From: Bacteroidales bacterium
GTDB lineage: Bacteria; Bacteroidota; Bacteroidia; Bacteroidales; UBA1715
DNA length: 64,000 nucleotides
NCBI GenBank assembly: GCA_017516865.1
Contig: JAFXAU010000003.1
Coordinates: 11,909 to 75,908 of the forward strand
Direction: 5' to 3'
The position numbers were made by a program, and so were the translations under genes. A model generated the notes under the pieces. It searched no databases. It was given only the letters and a program-made list of their open reading frames with translations, and had not been told where the DNA came from. Shown here piece by piece: positions 50,342 to 59,891 of this stretch (positions are counted from its first letter, which is position 1; every line of letters begins with the position of its first letter).

Positions 50342-51301
50342 ATGAAGAATCTCAAGATGTACGAGCCGAGCGACAAGATGATAACGCTTATAAAGGACAA
50401 CTACAGCGTGTTGCAGGCTCTGGGCTCATTCGGCATCAATCTTGGCTTTGGCGACAAAACCGTAAACGAAACCTGCGAACTAAACGGTGTTGACACATAC
50501 ACATTTCTTGCCGTGGTCAATCTCCAACTGAACAACGTGGGCAATTTCGAAGACGATGAAAAAATCAGCGTTCCCACATTGCTACGCTATTTGAAGGCAA
50601 GTCACGCCTATTATCTTGATTTTCAGCTCCCTTTCATTCGTCGCGAACTTGCGGAAAGCATTGATGAAAACGACAAAATGGGCAGACTAATACTCAAATT
50701 TTATGATGACTACGCGCACGAAGTGCAACAGCACATGAAATACGAGGATAAAACGCTGTTCCCCTACGTTCAGTCGCTTATTGAAGGCCGTCCCGCAAGC
50801 AACTACACAATAGAAACGTTTTCGAAACATCACGAACAGACCGACAAGAAATTGCGTGAATTGAAGTTGATGATTATCAAATATTTACCTACCGACGCAA
50901 AACGTAATAATTTACTTACGTCTACGCTGTACGACATCTACAACAACGAAGAATGGCTCCGTCATCACGCCGATGTCGAAGACTTTATATTTACGCCAGC
51001 CATCCGCCGTATGGAACACCAACACAAACAAAATGACGTTACGAAGAACATCACCACCATGATTCGTAACTCCGACACCGAGCAAAGCGAACCAATCTCC
51101 GAACGCGAAAAGGATGTCATCATTGGCGTTGTGCAAGGCTTGCAAAATAAGGAAATCGCCGACAAACTGTGCATTTCGGTCAACACCGTCATTACCCATA
51201 GACGAAACATTGCCAGAAAACTGCAAATTCACTCGCCATCTGGACTTACCATTTATGCCATCGTCAACGGACTGGTTGATATTTCAAGCGTGAAACTATA
51301 A
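50342..51301 (+). CDS. LuxR-type HTH regulator with a hemerythrin/RIC-like N-terminal sensor region
   Basis: HEVQQHMKYEDKTLFPYV, HHEQTDKKL and RHHADVEDFIF form an H/E hemerythrin-like pattern. C-terminal EREKDVIIGVVQGLQNKEIADKLCISVNTVITHRRNI is a LuxR HTH. Confidence 0.6.
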   Translation: MKNLKMYEPSDKMITLIKDNYSVLQALGSFGINLGFGDKTVNETCELNGVDTYTFLAVVNLQLNNVGNFEDDEKISVPTLLRYLKASHAYYLDFQLPFIRRELAESIDENDKMGRLILKFYDDYAHEVQQHMKYEDKTLFPYVQSLIEGRPASNYTIETFSKHHEQTDKKLRELKLMIIKYLPTDAKRNNLLTSTLYDIYNNEEWLRHHADVEDFIFTPAIRRMEHQHKQNDVTKNITTMIRNSDTEQSEPISEREKDVIIGVVQGLQNKEIADKLCISVNTVITHRRNIARKLQIHSPSGLTIYAIVNGLVDISSVKL

Positions 51302-51408
51302 ATTACACATTGAACATTTCGTTTGTGAATATTTAGTTTATTGTTTTTTCTTATAGATAACCATCGTTTTCTTGTATATTCTTACTTTTGTTTCGTGATT
51401 TTATTGAA

Positions 51409-51999
51409 ATGAAGGTATTTCCAAAAATAAATTCCCTTTCAAACGACGATTTGGCAACCTACCCGTACAATTCCTTTGCAGGAAAAATCACGGTGATTTC
51501 CGATGTGCGGAAGGTTGACGATGCTGTTGCATACCTCTCAAAGTGCAGCGTGCTTGGCTTTGATACGGAAACACGCCCGACATTCACAAAAAATCACACT
51601 AACTCGGTGGCTCTCTTACAATTAAGCGACGAAAAACAAGCATTTTTGTTTCGTCTCAATATGATTGGACTGCCCCCATCGCTTACGAATTTGCTTGCCA
51701 ACGAATCAATCAAAAAAATTGGCGTTGCTGTTCACGACGACATTAAAGGATTACAGAAACTCTCCCCTTTCAATCCTAAAAATTTCATTGACTTACAAAC
51801 AATTGCAAAACAATTGCACATCGAAGCCATGGGTTTACGAAAACTGACCCCTATCGCATTGGGATTCAAGATTTCAAAGCGCCAACAGTTGTCGAATTGG
51901 GAAAACGTTTTTCTTTCGCGGGCGCAACGACAATACGCCGCCACCGACGCATGGGTAAGCCTACGGATTTATCAACAATTACAACCCTTTACTTTATGA
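51409..51999 (+). CDS. 3'-5' exonuclease (RNase D / DnaQ-like DEDDy)
   Basis: LGFDTETRP (ExoI), AVHDDIKGL (ExoII) and QYAATDAW (ExoIII). The stop overlaps the rlmI start (ATGA). Confidence 0.7.
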   Translation: MKVFPKINSLSNDDLATYPYNSFAGKITVISDVRKVDDAVAYLSKCSVLGFDTETRPTFTKNHTNSVALLQLSDEKQAFLFRLNMIGLPPSLTNLLANESIKKIGVAVHDDIKGLQKLSPFNPKNFIDLQTIAKQLHIEAMGLRKLTPIALGFKISKRQQLSNWENVFLSRAQRQYAATDAWVSLRIYQQLQPFTL

Positions 52000-53171
52000 T
52001 ACACATTACATTACGACACGGAAAAGAACAAAGTGCAAAACGTCTTCACCCATGGATTTTTTCTGGTGCAATTGCAAAAATGTCGGGAACACCCGACGAA
52101 GGCGATTTGGTAAAAGTCTATTCCGCCAACGGCGAATTTTTGGCAATCGGACATTACCAGAAATCATCAATTGCTGTACGAATTTTGAGTTTCAACGACA
52201 TTGCAATCGACCAAAATTTTTGGAATGAACGCATTGCGTCGGCATACAACTACCGCAAACAATTGGGACTTGTAAACAATTCTGAGACAAATTGTTTTCG
52301 TCTTGTCCATGGCGAGGGCGACAATCTTTCGGGTTTGGTGATTGACTACTATAACGGAACTGCCGTGGTGCAATGCCATTCTGTGGGAATGTTCAAAAAC
52401 CTCAATTGTATTGCAAAAGCATTGCAGCAAACAATGGGAGAACAACTTACAGCAATTTACAACAAAAGCGAAAGCACTCTCCCATTCAAAGCTGGCATAG
52501 AAAACAATGACGGACTGCTTTGGGGAGAAATCAAAACGGAAAACGCCTTGGAATACGGCAATTCATTCTTTATAGACTGGATTCAAGGACAAAAAACAGG
52601 ATTTTTCATCGACCAACGCGAAAATCGAAAGTTGGTGGAACATTACGCAAAAGGAAAATCGGTACTGAACACGTTCTGTTACACAGGCGGATTTTCGGTG
52701 TATGCCCTCCGTGGCGGTGCCAAAAAAGTCGTCTCGGTTGACTGCTCAGCACGTGCTATTGAACTGACCGACAAAACTGTGGCGATGAACTTCCCCGACG
52801 CCGAACACACTTCGGTTGTGAGCGACACGTTCAAATATTTGGACAACAACAAGGACGAATTCGACCTCATAATTCTCGACCCACCTGCATTTGCGAAACA
52901 CGGGAAAGTCTTAAACAATGCTCTGCAAGGTTATAAACGATTGAATATGAAAGCGATAGAACAAATCAAAAAAGGTGGAATTCTATTCACGTTTTCATGT
53001 TCACAAGCCGTAAGCAAGGAAGAATTTCGGAAATCGGTATTCGCCGCAGCAGCAAACACCAAACGTAACGTCCGAATTCTGCACCAACTCACCCAACCTG
53101 CCGACCACCCTATCAGCATTTATCATCCCGAAGGTGAATATTTGAAAGGTTTGGTGTTGCAAATAGAATAA
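51996..53171 (+). CDS. rlmI: 23S rRNA (cytosine-C5) methyltransferase RlmI-like (PUA + class I SAM MTase)
   Basis: N-terminal RLHPWIFSGAI (PUA-type). NTFCYTGGFS and ILDPPAF are SAM-MTase motifs. Confidence 0.7.
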   Translation: MIHITLRHGKEQSAKRLHPWIFSGAIAKMSGTPDEGDLVKVYSANGEFLAIGHYQKSSIAVRILSFNDIAIDQNFWNERIASAYNYRKQLGLVNNSETNCFRLVHGEGDNLSGLVIDYYNGTAVVQCHSVGMFKNLNCIAKALQQTMGEQLTAIYNKSESTLPFKAGIENNDGLLWGEIKTENALEYGNSFFIDWIQGQKTGFFIDQRENRKLVEHYAKGKSVLNTFCYTGGFSVYALRGGAKKVVSVDCSARAIELTDKTVAMNFPDAEHTSVVSDTFKYLDNNKDEFDLIILDPPAFAKHGKVLNNALQGYKRLNMKAIEQIKKGGILFTFSCSQAVSKEEFRKSVFAAAANTKRNVRILHQLTQPADHPISIYHPEGEYLKGLVLQIE

Positions 53172-53251
53172 AAATACGTTCATCGGAGTAAAAAGTCGGC
53201 GCTTTTGTTCATTTTTTTGGATAGTTATCTTTACTTTGCAAAAAAATTGAA

Positions 53252-54115
53252 ATGAGACGTTCTTACAAATTAGGCTTAATCGTTCTGGCATTGCTTGGTA
53301 TCGTTGCCTTTACCGTTCCGTCTAAAAAAAATCCGGACAAAAAACAGAAAATGGAAAATCCAATTGTAGCATTCGAAACAAACTATGGCGTAATTAAAGT
53401 GAAACTCTATAACGAGACGCCACTACATCGTGACAATTTCATTAAACTTGCCGAAGAACACTACTTCGACAGTTTATTGTTCCACCGTGTCATTGAAAAC
53501 TTCATGATTCAGGCAGGCGACCCAAATTCTAAAGGCGCCGCACCTGGTGTAATGCTTGGGACTGGCGGACCAGGCTACACTATTCCTGCTGAATTCAATC
53601 CAAATTTAATTCACAAGAAAGGCGCATTGGCAGCAGCACGATTAGGAGGTCCGCAAAATCCGAAGAAAGAATCCTCTGGTTCTCAATTCTATATTGTTGT
53701 AGGACAGAAAGTTCCAATGGAACAGTTAGATGCAATGGCGGCACAAAAAAGCGAACAGGCAAAAGGAGAATACATACAAACACAACTCTACAAGCCTGAA
53801 AATAAAGATGTTTTGAACGAACTCATCACGTTGCAAAAAGCAGGCGACCGCGAAAATTTCATGATAAAATGGAACGCATTTGAAGAAAAATATGCCGATT
53901 CGCTCAAAACAATACCGACATACAATTATACAGAAAATCAGAAAAACATTTATCAAACCCTTGGAGGAACTCCACACCTCGACATGGATTACACCGTTTT
54001 CGGTGAAGTAATCGACGGACTTTCCGTTGTCGACTCAATCGCTGCGGTAAAAACAGACAGAGCAAACCGTCCATTGGAAGATGTAATTATAATTAAAGTC
54101 TCAGTTGAAAAATAA
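53252..54115 (+). CDS. Cyclophilin-type peptidyl-prolyl isomerase with an insertion, membrane/periplasm-anchored
   Basis: Signal/anchor LIVLALLGIVAF. FHRVIENFMIQAGDP...GSQFYIV...VFGEVIDG is a cyclophilin signature. Confidence 0.8.
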   Translation: MRRSYKLGLIVLALLGIVAFTVPSKKNPDKKQKMENPIVAFETNYGVIKVKLYNETPLHRDNFIKLAEEHYFDSLLFHRVIENFMIQAGDPNSKGAAPGVMLGTGGPGYTIPAEFNPNLIHKKGALAAARLGGPQNPKKESSGSQFYIVVGQKVPMEQLDAMAAQKSEQAKGEYIQTQLYKPENKDVLNELITLQKAGDRENFMIKWNAFEEKYADSLKTIPTYNYTENQKNIYQTLGGTPHLDMDYTVFGEVIDGLSVVDSIAAVKTDRANRPLEDVIIIKVSVEK

Positions 54116-54120
54116 ACGAT

Positions 54121-55143
54121 ATGTTGCAAATTATTGATAAACTGCTTAAAGACGTTGAAAATTTCAAAGCAGAAAACAAAGAACAAGTTGAAGATTTCCG
54201 TTTAAAATTCCTTTCAAAAAAAGGTGAAATAAGCAAAGTTTTTGAAGAATTCAGAAACGTTCCAAATGAACAGAAAAAAGAATTCGGACAAAAAATCAAT
54301 ATGCTCAAACAGAGTGCGTTAGCTAAATTCGAAGCATTGCAAAACAATCTTGGAAACAACGACAACGATGAAAACGGCAACATTGACTTGTCTCTTCCTG
54401 GAACTCCAGTGGAATTAGGCAGTCATCACCCCCTATCAATTGTTAGAAACGAAATCATTGATATTTTTTCCCGTATCGGCTTCACGGTTGCCGAAGGTCC
54501 CGAAGTCGAAGACGATTGGCACGTCTTTTCATCGCTGAACTTTCCACCTGAACATCCCGCACGCGACATGCAGGACACGTTCTTCATTGAAAAAAATCCC
54601 GACATTCTACTCCGTACGCATACATCATCGGTACAAACACGAGTAATGGAACACACGCAACCGCCAATCCGTTCGATTTTTCCTGGTCGCGTATTCCGTA
54701 ACGAAGCAATTTCGGCACGTGCCCACTGCGTATTCCACCAAATTGAAGGTCTTTACGTAGACACAAACGTTTCTTTTGCCGATTTAAAACAAACATTGTT
54801 ATATTTTGCAAAAGAAATGTTCGGCACAAGTACGCAAATACGTCTTCGTCCGTCATATTTCCCATTTACAGAACCGTCTGCCGAAATGGATATTTCTTGT
54901 TCCATTTGTGGCGGAAAAGGTTGTGCTGTTTGTAAAGGGACAGGCTGGCTCGAAATACTTGGATGCGGCATGGTAGACCCTAATGTACTTAAAAACTGTA
55001 ACATCGACGCAGACAAATACACAGGCTTTGCTTTCGGCATGGGCGTTGAGCGAATAGCCATGTTAAAATACCAAGTAAAGGATATTCGCTTATTCTTCAA
55101 AAACGATACCCGATTCATTAAACAATTCGAAGCGGCAAAATAA
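54121..55143 (+). CDS. pheS: Phenylalanine--tRNA ligase alpha subunit
   Basis: HPLSIVRNEI...FPPEHPARDMQDTFF...LRTHTSSVQ...FRNEAISARAH...FPFTEPSAE...GFAFGMGVERIAM are class II motifs. Confidence 0.9.
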   Translation: MLQIIDKLLKDVENFKAENKEQVEDFRLKFLSKKGEISKVFEEFRNVPNEQKKEFGQKINMLKQSALAKFEALQNNLGNNDNDENGNIDLSLPGTPVELGSHHPLSIVRNEIIDIFSRIGFTVAEGPEVEDDWHVFSSLNFPPEHPARDMQDTFFIEKNPDILLRTHTSSVQTRVMEHTQPPIRSIFPGRVFRNEAISARAHCVFHQIEGLYVDTNVSFADLKQTLLYFAKEMFGTSTQIRLRPSYFPFTEPSAEMDISCSICGGKGCAVCKGTGWLEILGCGMVDPNVLKNCNIDADKYTGFAFGMGVERIAMLKYQVKDIRLFFKNDTRFIKQFEAAK

Positions 55144-55153
55144 TTTCTTATAT

Positions 55154-55182
55154 GTAGAGACGATGTTGCATATCGTCTCTAC
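55154..55182 (+). terminator. Hairpin terminator after pheS
   Basis: gtagagacgat-gttgcat-atcgtctctac (11-bp stem) with a weak T-tract. Confidence 0.5.
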
Positions 55183-55257
55183 AATTATTCCACATCCAAC
55201 AAACATTTTTCATTATAAAATTACGCAATTAAATGTTGCTTAATTTCATATAATATC

Positions 55258-55265
55258 TATTTTTG
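55258..55265 (+). promoter_or_regulatory. -7 promoter box (TAttTTTG) 8 nt before the MATE start codon
   Basis: tatttttg ends at 55265 and the ATG is at 55274, which implies a leaderless or near-leaderless mRNA. Confidence 0.4.
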
Positions 55266-55273
55266 CGCCCGCT

Positions 55274-56647
55274 ATGGTACGAGATCTAACAAAGGGGCGT
55301 CCTGCCAATGTTATACTGCTGTTTGCATTTCCAATAATATTGGGGAACGTGTTCCAACAAATATACAGCGTGGTTGATTCTATCATCGTCGGCAGGTACG
55401 TCAGTTATCAAGCATTGGCAGGTGTGGGAATCACCAACGGTCTGACTTTTTTCATCTTTGGCTTTGTAATTGGAATCACAAGTGGATTGGGCATCATGAC
55501 TGCACAGTTTTTTGGTGCAAAAAACTTCAAACGAATGAGACAGTCGCTTGGAACAGGCTTCATTATTTGTTTAGGGCTTTCGTTCATACTTACACTCCTT
55601 GCCGCAGCAAGCATCCGCCCATCCTTACAATTTATAGGTGCTTCCGACGAAATCTACGATTATTCGTGTGACTATCTGAGAATCATTTATTTCGGTCTCA
55701 TCACCCAAGTGGCATATAACATGGTTGCATGCATCCTACGTGCTTTGGGCGACAGCAAAACACCTCTGTACTTCCTTATCTTCTCGTCGGTACTGAACAT
55801 TGGATTAGACATATTTTTTGTAAAAACTTTCGGCTGGGGCGTGAAAGGTGTAGCATGGGCCACAGTCGTGTCGCAACTTGTTTCAGCAATATTTTGTTTT
55901 GGATACGTATTTACCCGTTATACAAATTTGAGACTTATCGGCGAAGATTTCCGAACCAGTTGGAGTTTTATCTGGGAACATTTGCGTGTGGGACTACCTA
56001 TGGCGTTACAATTCAGCATCACAGCCTTCGGTGTAATTGTGCTATATTCTGCGCTGAACCACTTTCCTACCACATACATTGCAGGATTCACAACAGCCAG
56101 CAAAATCCAGAGTCTCGGCATGTTGGTGCCAATTTCATTGGGTGTGGCAATTGCGAACTATGTAGGACAGAATTATGGTGCGGGAAATTTAGTAAGAATG
56201 CGTGTCGGCGTGAATTCCGCACTGATTATGGCAATCGCTGTATGTGCCGTAGTGAGCATAGGCATGGCGTATCTTGCCCAACCACTTACATCGATGTTTC
56301 TTGACCCGAATATTTCTGGCGATTTATCGGAAATTTATGCCGCATCAACACAATATCTATACATTTCTGCCCTATTCTTCCCATTCCTTTTCGTGCTGTT
56401 TATTTACCGAAACGCATTGCAAGGCGTAGGAAAGACATTTATGCCACTGATGGCCGGCGTAGCAGAACTATTGATACGTGTAGTCGCCTCGCTCGTATTG
56501 CCTAAATATTTTGGCTATCAAGGCGTAATTTTAGTCGATGTATTGGCATGGGTAGGCGCATGCACATTGCTTTTCATCTCTTATAGAATCCAAATGCCAA
56601 ACTGGGACCACACATTGCACCAATATAAGTGGGGACGCACCCATTAG
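55274..56647 (+). CDS. MATE-family multidrug/sodium efflux transporter
   Basis: 12-TM profile. N-terminal LLFAFPIILGNVFQQIYSVVDSIIVGR is typical of the MATE family. Confidence 0.8.
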   Translation: MVRDLTKGRPANVILLFAFPIILGNVFQQIYSVVDSIIVGRYVSYQALAGVGITNGLTFFIFGFVIGITSGLGIMTAQFFGAKNFKRMRQSLGTGFIICLGLSFILTLLAAASIRPSLQFIGASDEIYDYSCDYLRIIYFGLITQVAYNMVACILRALGDSKTPLYFLIFSSVLNIGLDIFFVKTFGWGVKGVAWATVVSQLVSAIFCFGYVFTRYTNLRLIGEDFRTSWSFIWEHLRVGLPMALQFSITAFGVIVLYSALNHFPTTYIAGFTTASKIQSLGMLVPISLGVAIANYVGQNYGAGNLVRMRVGVNSALIMAIAVCAVVSIGMAYLAQPLTSMFLDPNISGDLSEIYAASTQYLYISALFFPFLFVLFIYRNALQGVGKTFMPLMAGVAELLIRVVASLVLPKYFGYQGVILVDVLAWVGACTLLFISYRIQMPNWDHTLHQYKWGRTH

Positions 56648-56772
56648 ATTTTATAGCATGACGACTGAAATTTTTAAACTCTTTCGTCACATCTCCCCTA
56701 TTTTGAAGTATTTTTGATATATTTGTATTGTTCTTTTGAAAAATAAATGTTTCACATCAAAATTGTACTAAA

Positions 56773-57198
56773 ATGACGGTTAAGCAAATTTCAGTTTTTT
56801 TGGAAAACAAATATGGCAGACTAAACGAGATTTTGGCTATTCTGCGTGACGAAAGTGTAAAAGTTGTTGCTGCGACATTGGCTGACACCATTGACTACGG
56901 AATTCTTCGTATTCTTACCACCGACCAGCAAAAGGCTTACAGAATTTTGCTTGAACATGCTGTTTCGGCAAATATGAGCGAAGTGCTTGCCGTGTCGTTT
57001 AATTCACAATTAGACACATTGTCGAACACGGTTGAGAAATTTACTCAGGCTGGCATCACTATTGAATACATGTACTGTTTTTCGTTGTGCGGAAAATCAA
57101 TTTTGGTATTGAGAACCAACAACATGACGGCAGCTATCGACGTTGTACGAAAAAATAATCTTACCGTTCTGTCGGAAACCGACCTGATGAACCTTTAA
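56773..57198 (+). CDS. ACT-domain protein
   Basis: MTVKQISVFLENKYGRLNEILAIL... two ACT-like beta-alpha-beta units in 141 aa. Confidence 0.6.
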   Translation: MTVKQISVFLENKYGRLNEILAILRDESVKVVAATLADTIDYGILRILTTDQQKAYRILLEHAVSANMSEVLAVSFNSQLDTLSNTVEKFTQAGITIEYMYCFSLCGKSILVLRTNNMTAAIDVVRKNNLTVLSETDLMNL

Positions 57199-57242
57199 TT
57201 ACTGAGTAATGTTCAACACCAAATGAGCAGTGAAAATTCATA

Positions 57243-57277
57243 AAATAATCACAAATTTCTTACATTTGTGATTATTT
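57243..57277 (+). terminator. Hairpin terminator after the ACT gene
   Basis: aaataatcacaaat-ttcttac-atttgtgattattt (14-bp stem) followed by tgtttc. Confidence 0.55.
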
Positions 57278-57290
57278 TGTTTCTATTAAT

Positions 57291-58322
57291 ATGAAAAAAA
57301 CATTGTTTATCGGCGGAACAGGAACTATCAGCACCGCCATCTCCAAACGGATTGCACAGTCCGACGAATGGGAATTGTATGTATTGAACCGTGGTTCACG
57401 AAACAACATACTTCCCCCTAACGTGCACTCTATCGTGGTAAACGACGTGAACGACGAAGCCGAGGTGACCAAAGCCCTCAACGGACTGTCGTTCGACTGC
57501 GTTTGTGATTTCATTTGTTTCGTGCCGTCGCAGATTGAACGCGATTATCGCATATTCAAAGGAATAACGAAGCAATTTATGTTCATCAGCTCGGCATCGG
57601 CATATCAAAAACCGCTCGGAAATTATGTGATAAACGAAGGCACACCGCTTGCAAATCCATACTGGCAGTACTCCCGCGACAAAATTGCCTGCGAGGATTT
57701 TCTGATGAAAAAATATCGGGAAGAACAATTTCCTATAACAATCATCCGACCAAGCCACACCTACGACGAACGCTCGATTCCGCTTGGCGTACACGGCAAA
57801 AACGGCAGTTGGCAGGTTGTGAAACGAATGTTGGAAGGCAAACCTGTCATTATCCATGGTGACGGCACTTCACTGTGGACATTCACCCACAACAGCGACT
57901 TTGCAAAAGGTTTCGTCGGTTTGATGGGAAATCCACACGCCATTGGCGAAGCGTTCCAAATCACGTCAGATGAATCGGTTACGTGGAATCAGGCATATCA
58001 GAGCATTGCCGACGCTCTCGGCGTGGAATTTAAGCCCTACTATGTATCCTCGGAATTTCTCGCTGCTGTCAGCGACTACGATTTTACCGGCAGTTTGATT
58101 GGCGACAAGGCAAATTCCGTGGTGTTCGACAACACGAAACTCAAACGTGCGGTTCCCGAATTCAAAGCTACCGTCCGTTTTGACCAAGGAGTGCGGAAAA
58201 CAATAGAATTTGTACTCGCACATCCCGAATACCAACGGGAAGACAAGGATTTTGACCATTGGTGCGATACAGTAATTGCCCAATTGGAAGAAACAAAAAA
58301 ACGAATCGTTGAAAATCTGTAA
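57291..58322 (+). CDS. NAD-dependent epimerase/dehydratase-family SDR
   Basis: FIGGTGTIS Rossmann motif at the N-terminus. 343 aa. Confidence 0.7.
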   Translation: MKKTLFIGGTGTISTAISKRIAQSDEWELYVLNRGSRNNILPPNVHSIVVNDVNDEAEVTKALNGLSFDCVCDFICFVPSQIERDYRIFKGITKQFMFISSASAYQKPLGNYVINEGTPLANPYWQYSRDKIACEDFLMKKYREEQFPITIIRPSHTYDERSIPLGVHGKNGSWQVVKRMLEGKPVIIHGDGTSLWTFTHNSDFAKGFVGLMGNPHAIGEAFQITSDESVTWNQAYQSIADALGVEFKPYYVSSEFLAAVSDYDFTGSLIGDKANSVVFDNTKLKRAVPEFKATVRFDQGVRKTIEFVLAHPEYQREDKDFDHWCDTVIAQLEETKKRIVENL

Positions 58323-58338
58323 TTAACTCACTATCAGA

Positions 58339-59883
58339 ATGAAAAAGTTTATTTGCATAGTTTCATTTTTCTGCATTGCCACATTTTCGGCGTTTTCACA
58401 AGGTTACCGAAATCCTATAATTTCGGGCATGGCACCCGACCCGAGCGTGTGCCGCGTAGGCGACGATTATTATTTGGTGACAAGTTCCTTCATTCAAAAT
58501 CCAGCATTGCCGATTTATCACAGCAAAGACTTAATTAATTGGAAACTAATAAATTATGCCGTAACAGACGAAAATGGTCTTGACTTGAGCAAGGGCGAAG
58601 GAATGTATGCGCCTACAATCCGTTACAATCCCCACGACAGCACATTCTACGTGATTTGCACCAACGTAGGCGGTGGTCAAAATTTCATAGTTCATTCCAA
58701 ACACCCCGATTCAACGTGGAGCAAGCCCGTATGGCTGACAAATCCACGAATGGGAATTGACCCGTCGCTGTTTTTCGAAAATGACGGCACTTGCTATATG
58801 CAATGCACAGGTGACAACAATATTATTCAGATAATGATAGACCCGAAAACCGGCGAAGAAATTTCATCGTTCCATTACCTGACCGACGGACTTGGCGGCC
58901 GCTATCCCGAAGGACCACACATGTACAAGGTCGGCAATTATTATTATTTGATGATTTCCGAAGGCGGAACCGAGTTTGGACATCACGTGAATCTGTTCCG
59001 CAGCGACGACATTTGGGGGCCGTTTATGCCTGCACCGAATAATCCCATACTTTCGCACGTTGGGAAAAATGCGCAATCAAACCCGATTCAATGTACGGGA
59101 CACGCAGATTTGATTGAGGCGCACGATGGCTCGTGGTGGATGGTTTTCTTAGCAACTCGACCGATTTTGTGGGCGTTTTATCCGCTTGGCCGCGAAACAT
59201 TCCTTGCTCCTATAGAGTGGAAAAACGGTTGGTTAACAGCGAACGGAAACGGCACCGTTACAGAAGAAATGAACGTGAAAACCCTTCCGCAAAACTCGGA
59301 AAAATCAATCTCGCAACGAAAAAATTCGGTACGCGTAATATATGGGTTCGAGCACGGAATTTCGAACGATTGGAATGCGTATCGTGTTTCACCAAAGACA
59401 GTTGCGACAAAAGTTTCCGAAGGAATTGAAATCAAAGCGAGCAACGACTATGACGCATTCATTGGCGTTCGGCAACTGGATTATTATATGGATGCGGAAA
59501 TAAAACTTGAAATCGCCGACTGGGAAGGCGAAGCAGGCATTTGCGTCCATCACGACGACGGCAAACGCTACAATCTTGCCTTAGTTCGCGAAAACGGCAA
59601 AGCATTTATAAAATCGGAATGTTTGTTCAATAGCGTAAATCAAGTTCAAACCGTTGAAATTGATTCAAAGACGCACGTTGTATATTTGAAAATCAGTTCA
59701 CAAAAAGAATTGTACAAATTCTATTGGAAGTACGACAATTCGTCAAAAGACAACGTTTGGCGGGAAATCGGGCAAATGGATTCCCATTTTCTTGCAGGCG
59801 GATTTTCGGGTTTGTTAGTCGGTCCGTATGTAAAAAAAGGCAAAGCAACGACTAATTGGTTCTGCGTTACCTACCATAAATAA
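58339..59883 (+). CDS. Glycoside hydrolase family 43 (beta-xylosidase/alpha-L-arabinofuranosidase) with a C-terminal beta-sandwich domain
   Basis: Signal peptide. NPIISGMAPDPSVCRVGDDYYLVTSSF and EGPHMYKVGNYYYLMISEGGT are GH43 signatures. Confidence 0.8.
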   Translation: MKKFICIVSFFCIATFSAFSQGYRNPIISGMAPDPSVCRVGDDYYLVTSSFIQNPALPIYHSKDLINWKLINYAVTDENGLDLSKGEGMYAPTIRYNPHDSTFYVICTNVGGGQNFIVHSKHPDSTWSKPVWLTNPRMGIDPSLFFENDGTCYMQCTGDNNIIQIMIDPKTGEEISSFHYLTDGLGGRYPEGPHMYKVGNYYYLMISEGGTEFGHHVNLFRSDDIWGPFMPAPNNPILSHVGKNAQSNPIQCTGHADLIEAHDGSWWMVFLATRPILWAFYPLGRETFLAPIEWKNGWLTANGNGTVTEEMNVKTLPQNSEKSISQRKNSVRVIYGFEHGISNDWNAYRVSPKTVATKVSEGIEIKASNDYDAFIGVRQLDYYMDAEIKLEIADWEGEAGICVHHDDGKRYNLALVRENGKAFIKSECLFNSVNQVQTVEIDSKTHVVYLKISSQKELYKFYWKYDNSSKDNVWREIGQMDSHFLAGGFSGLLVGPYVKKGKATTNWFCVTYHK

Positions 59884-59891
59884 GTTATGGG

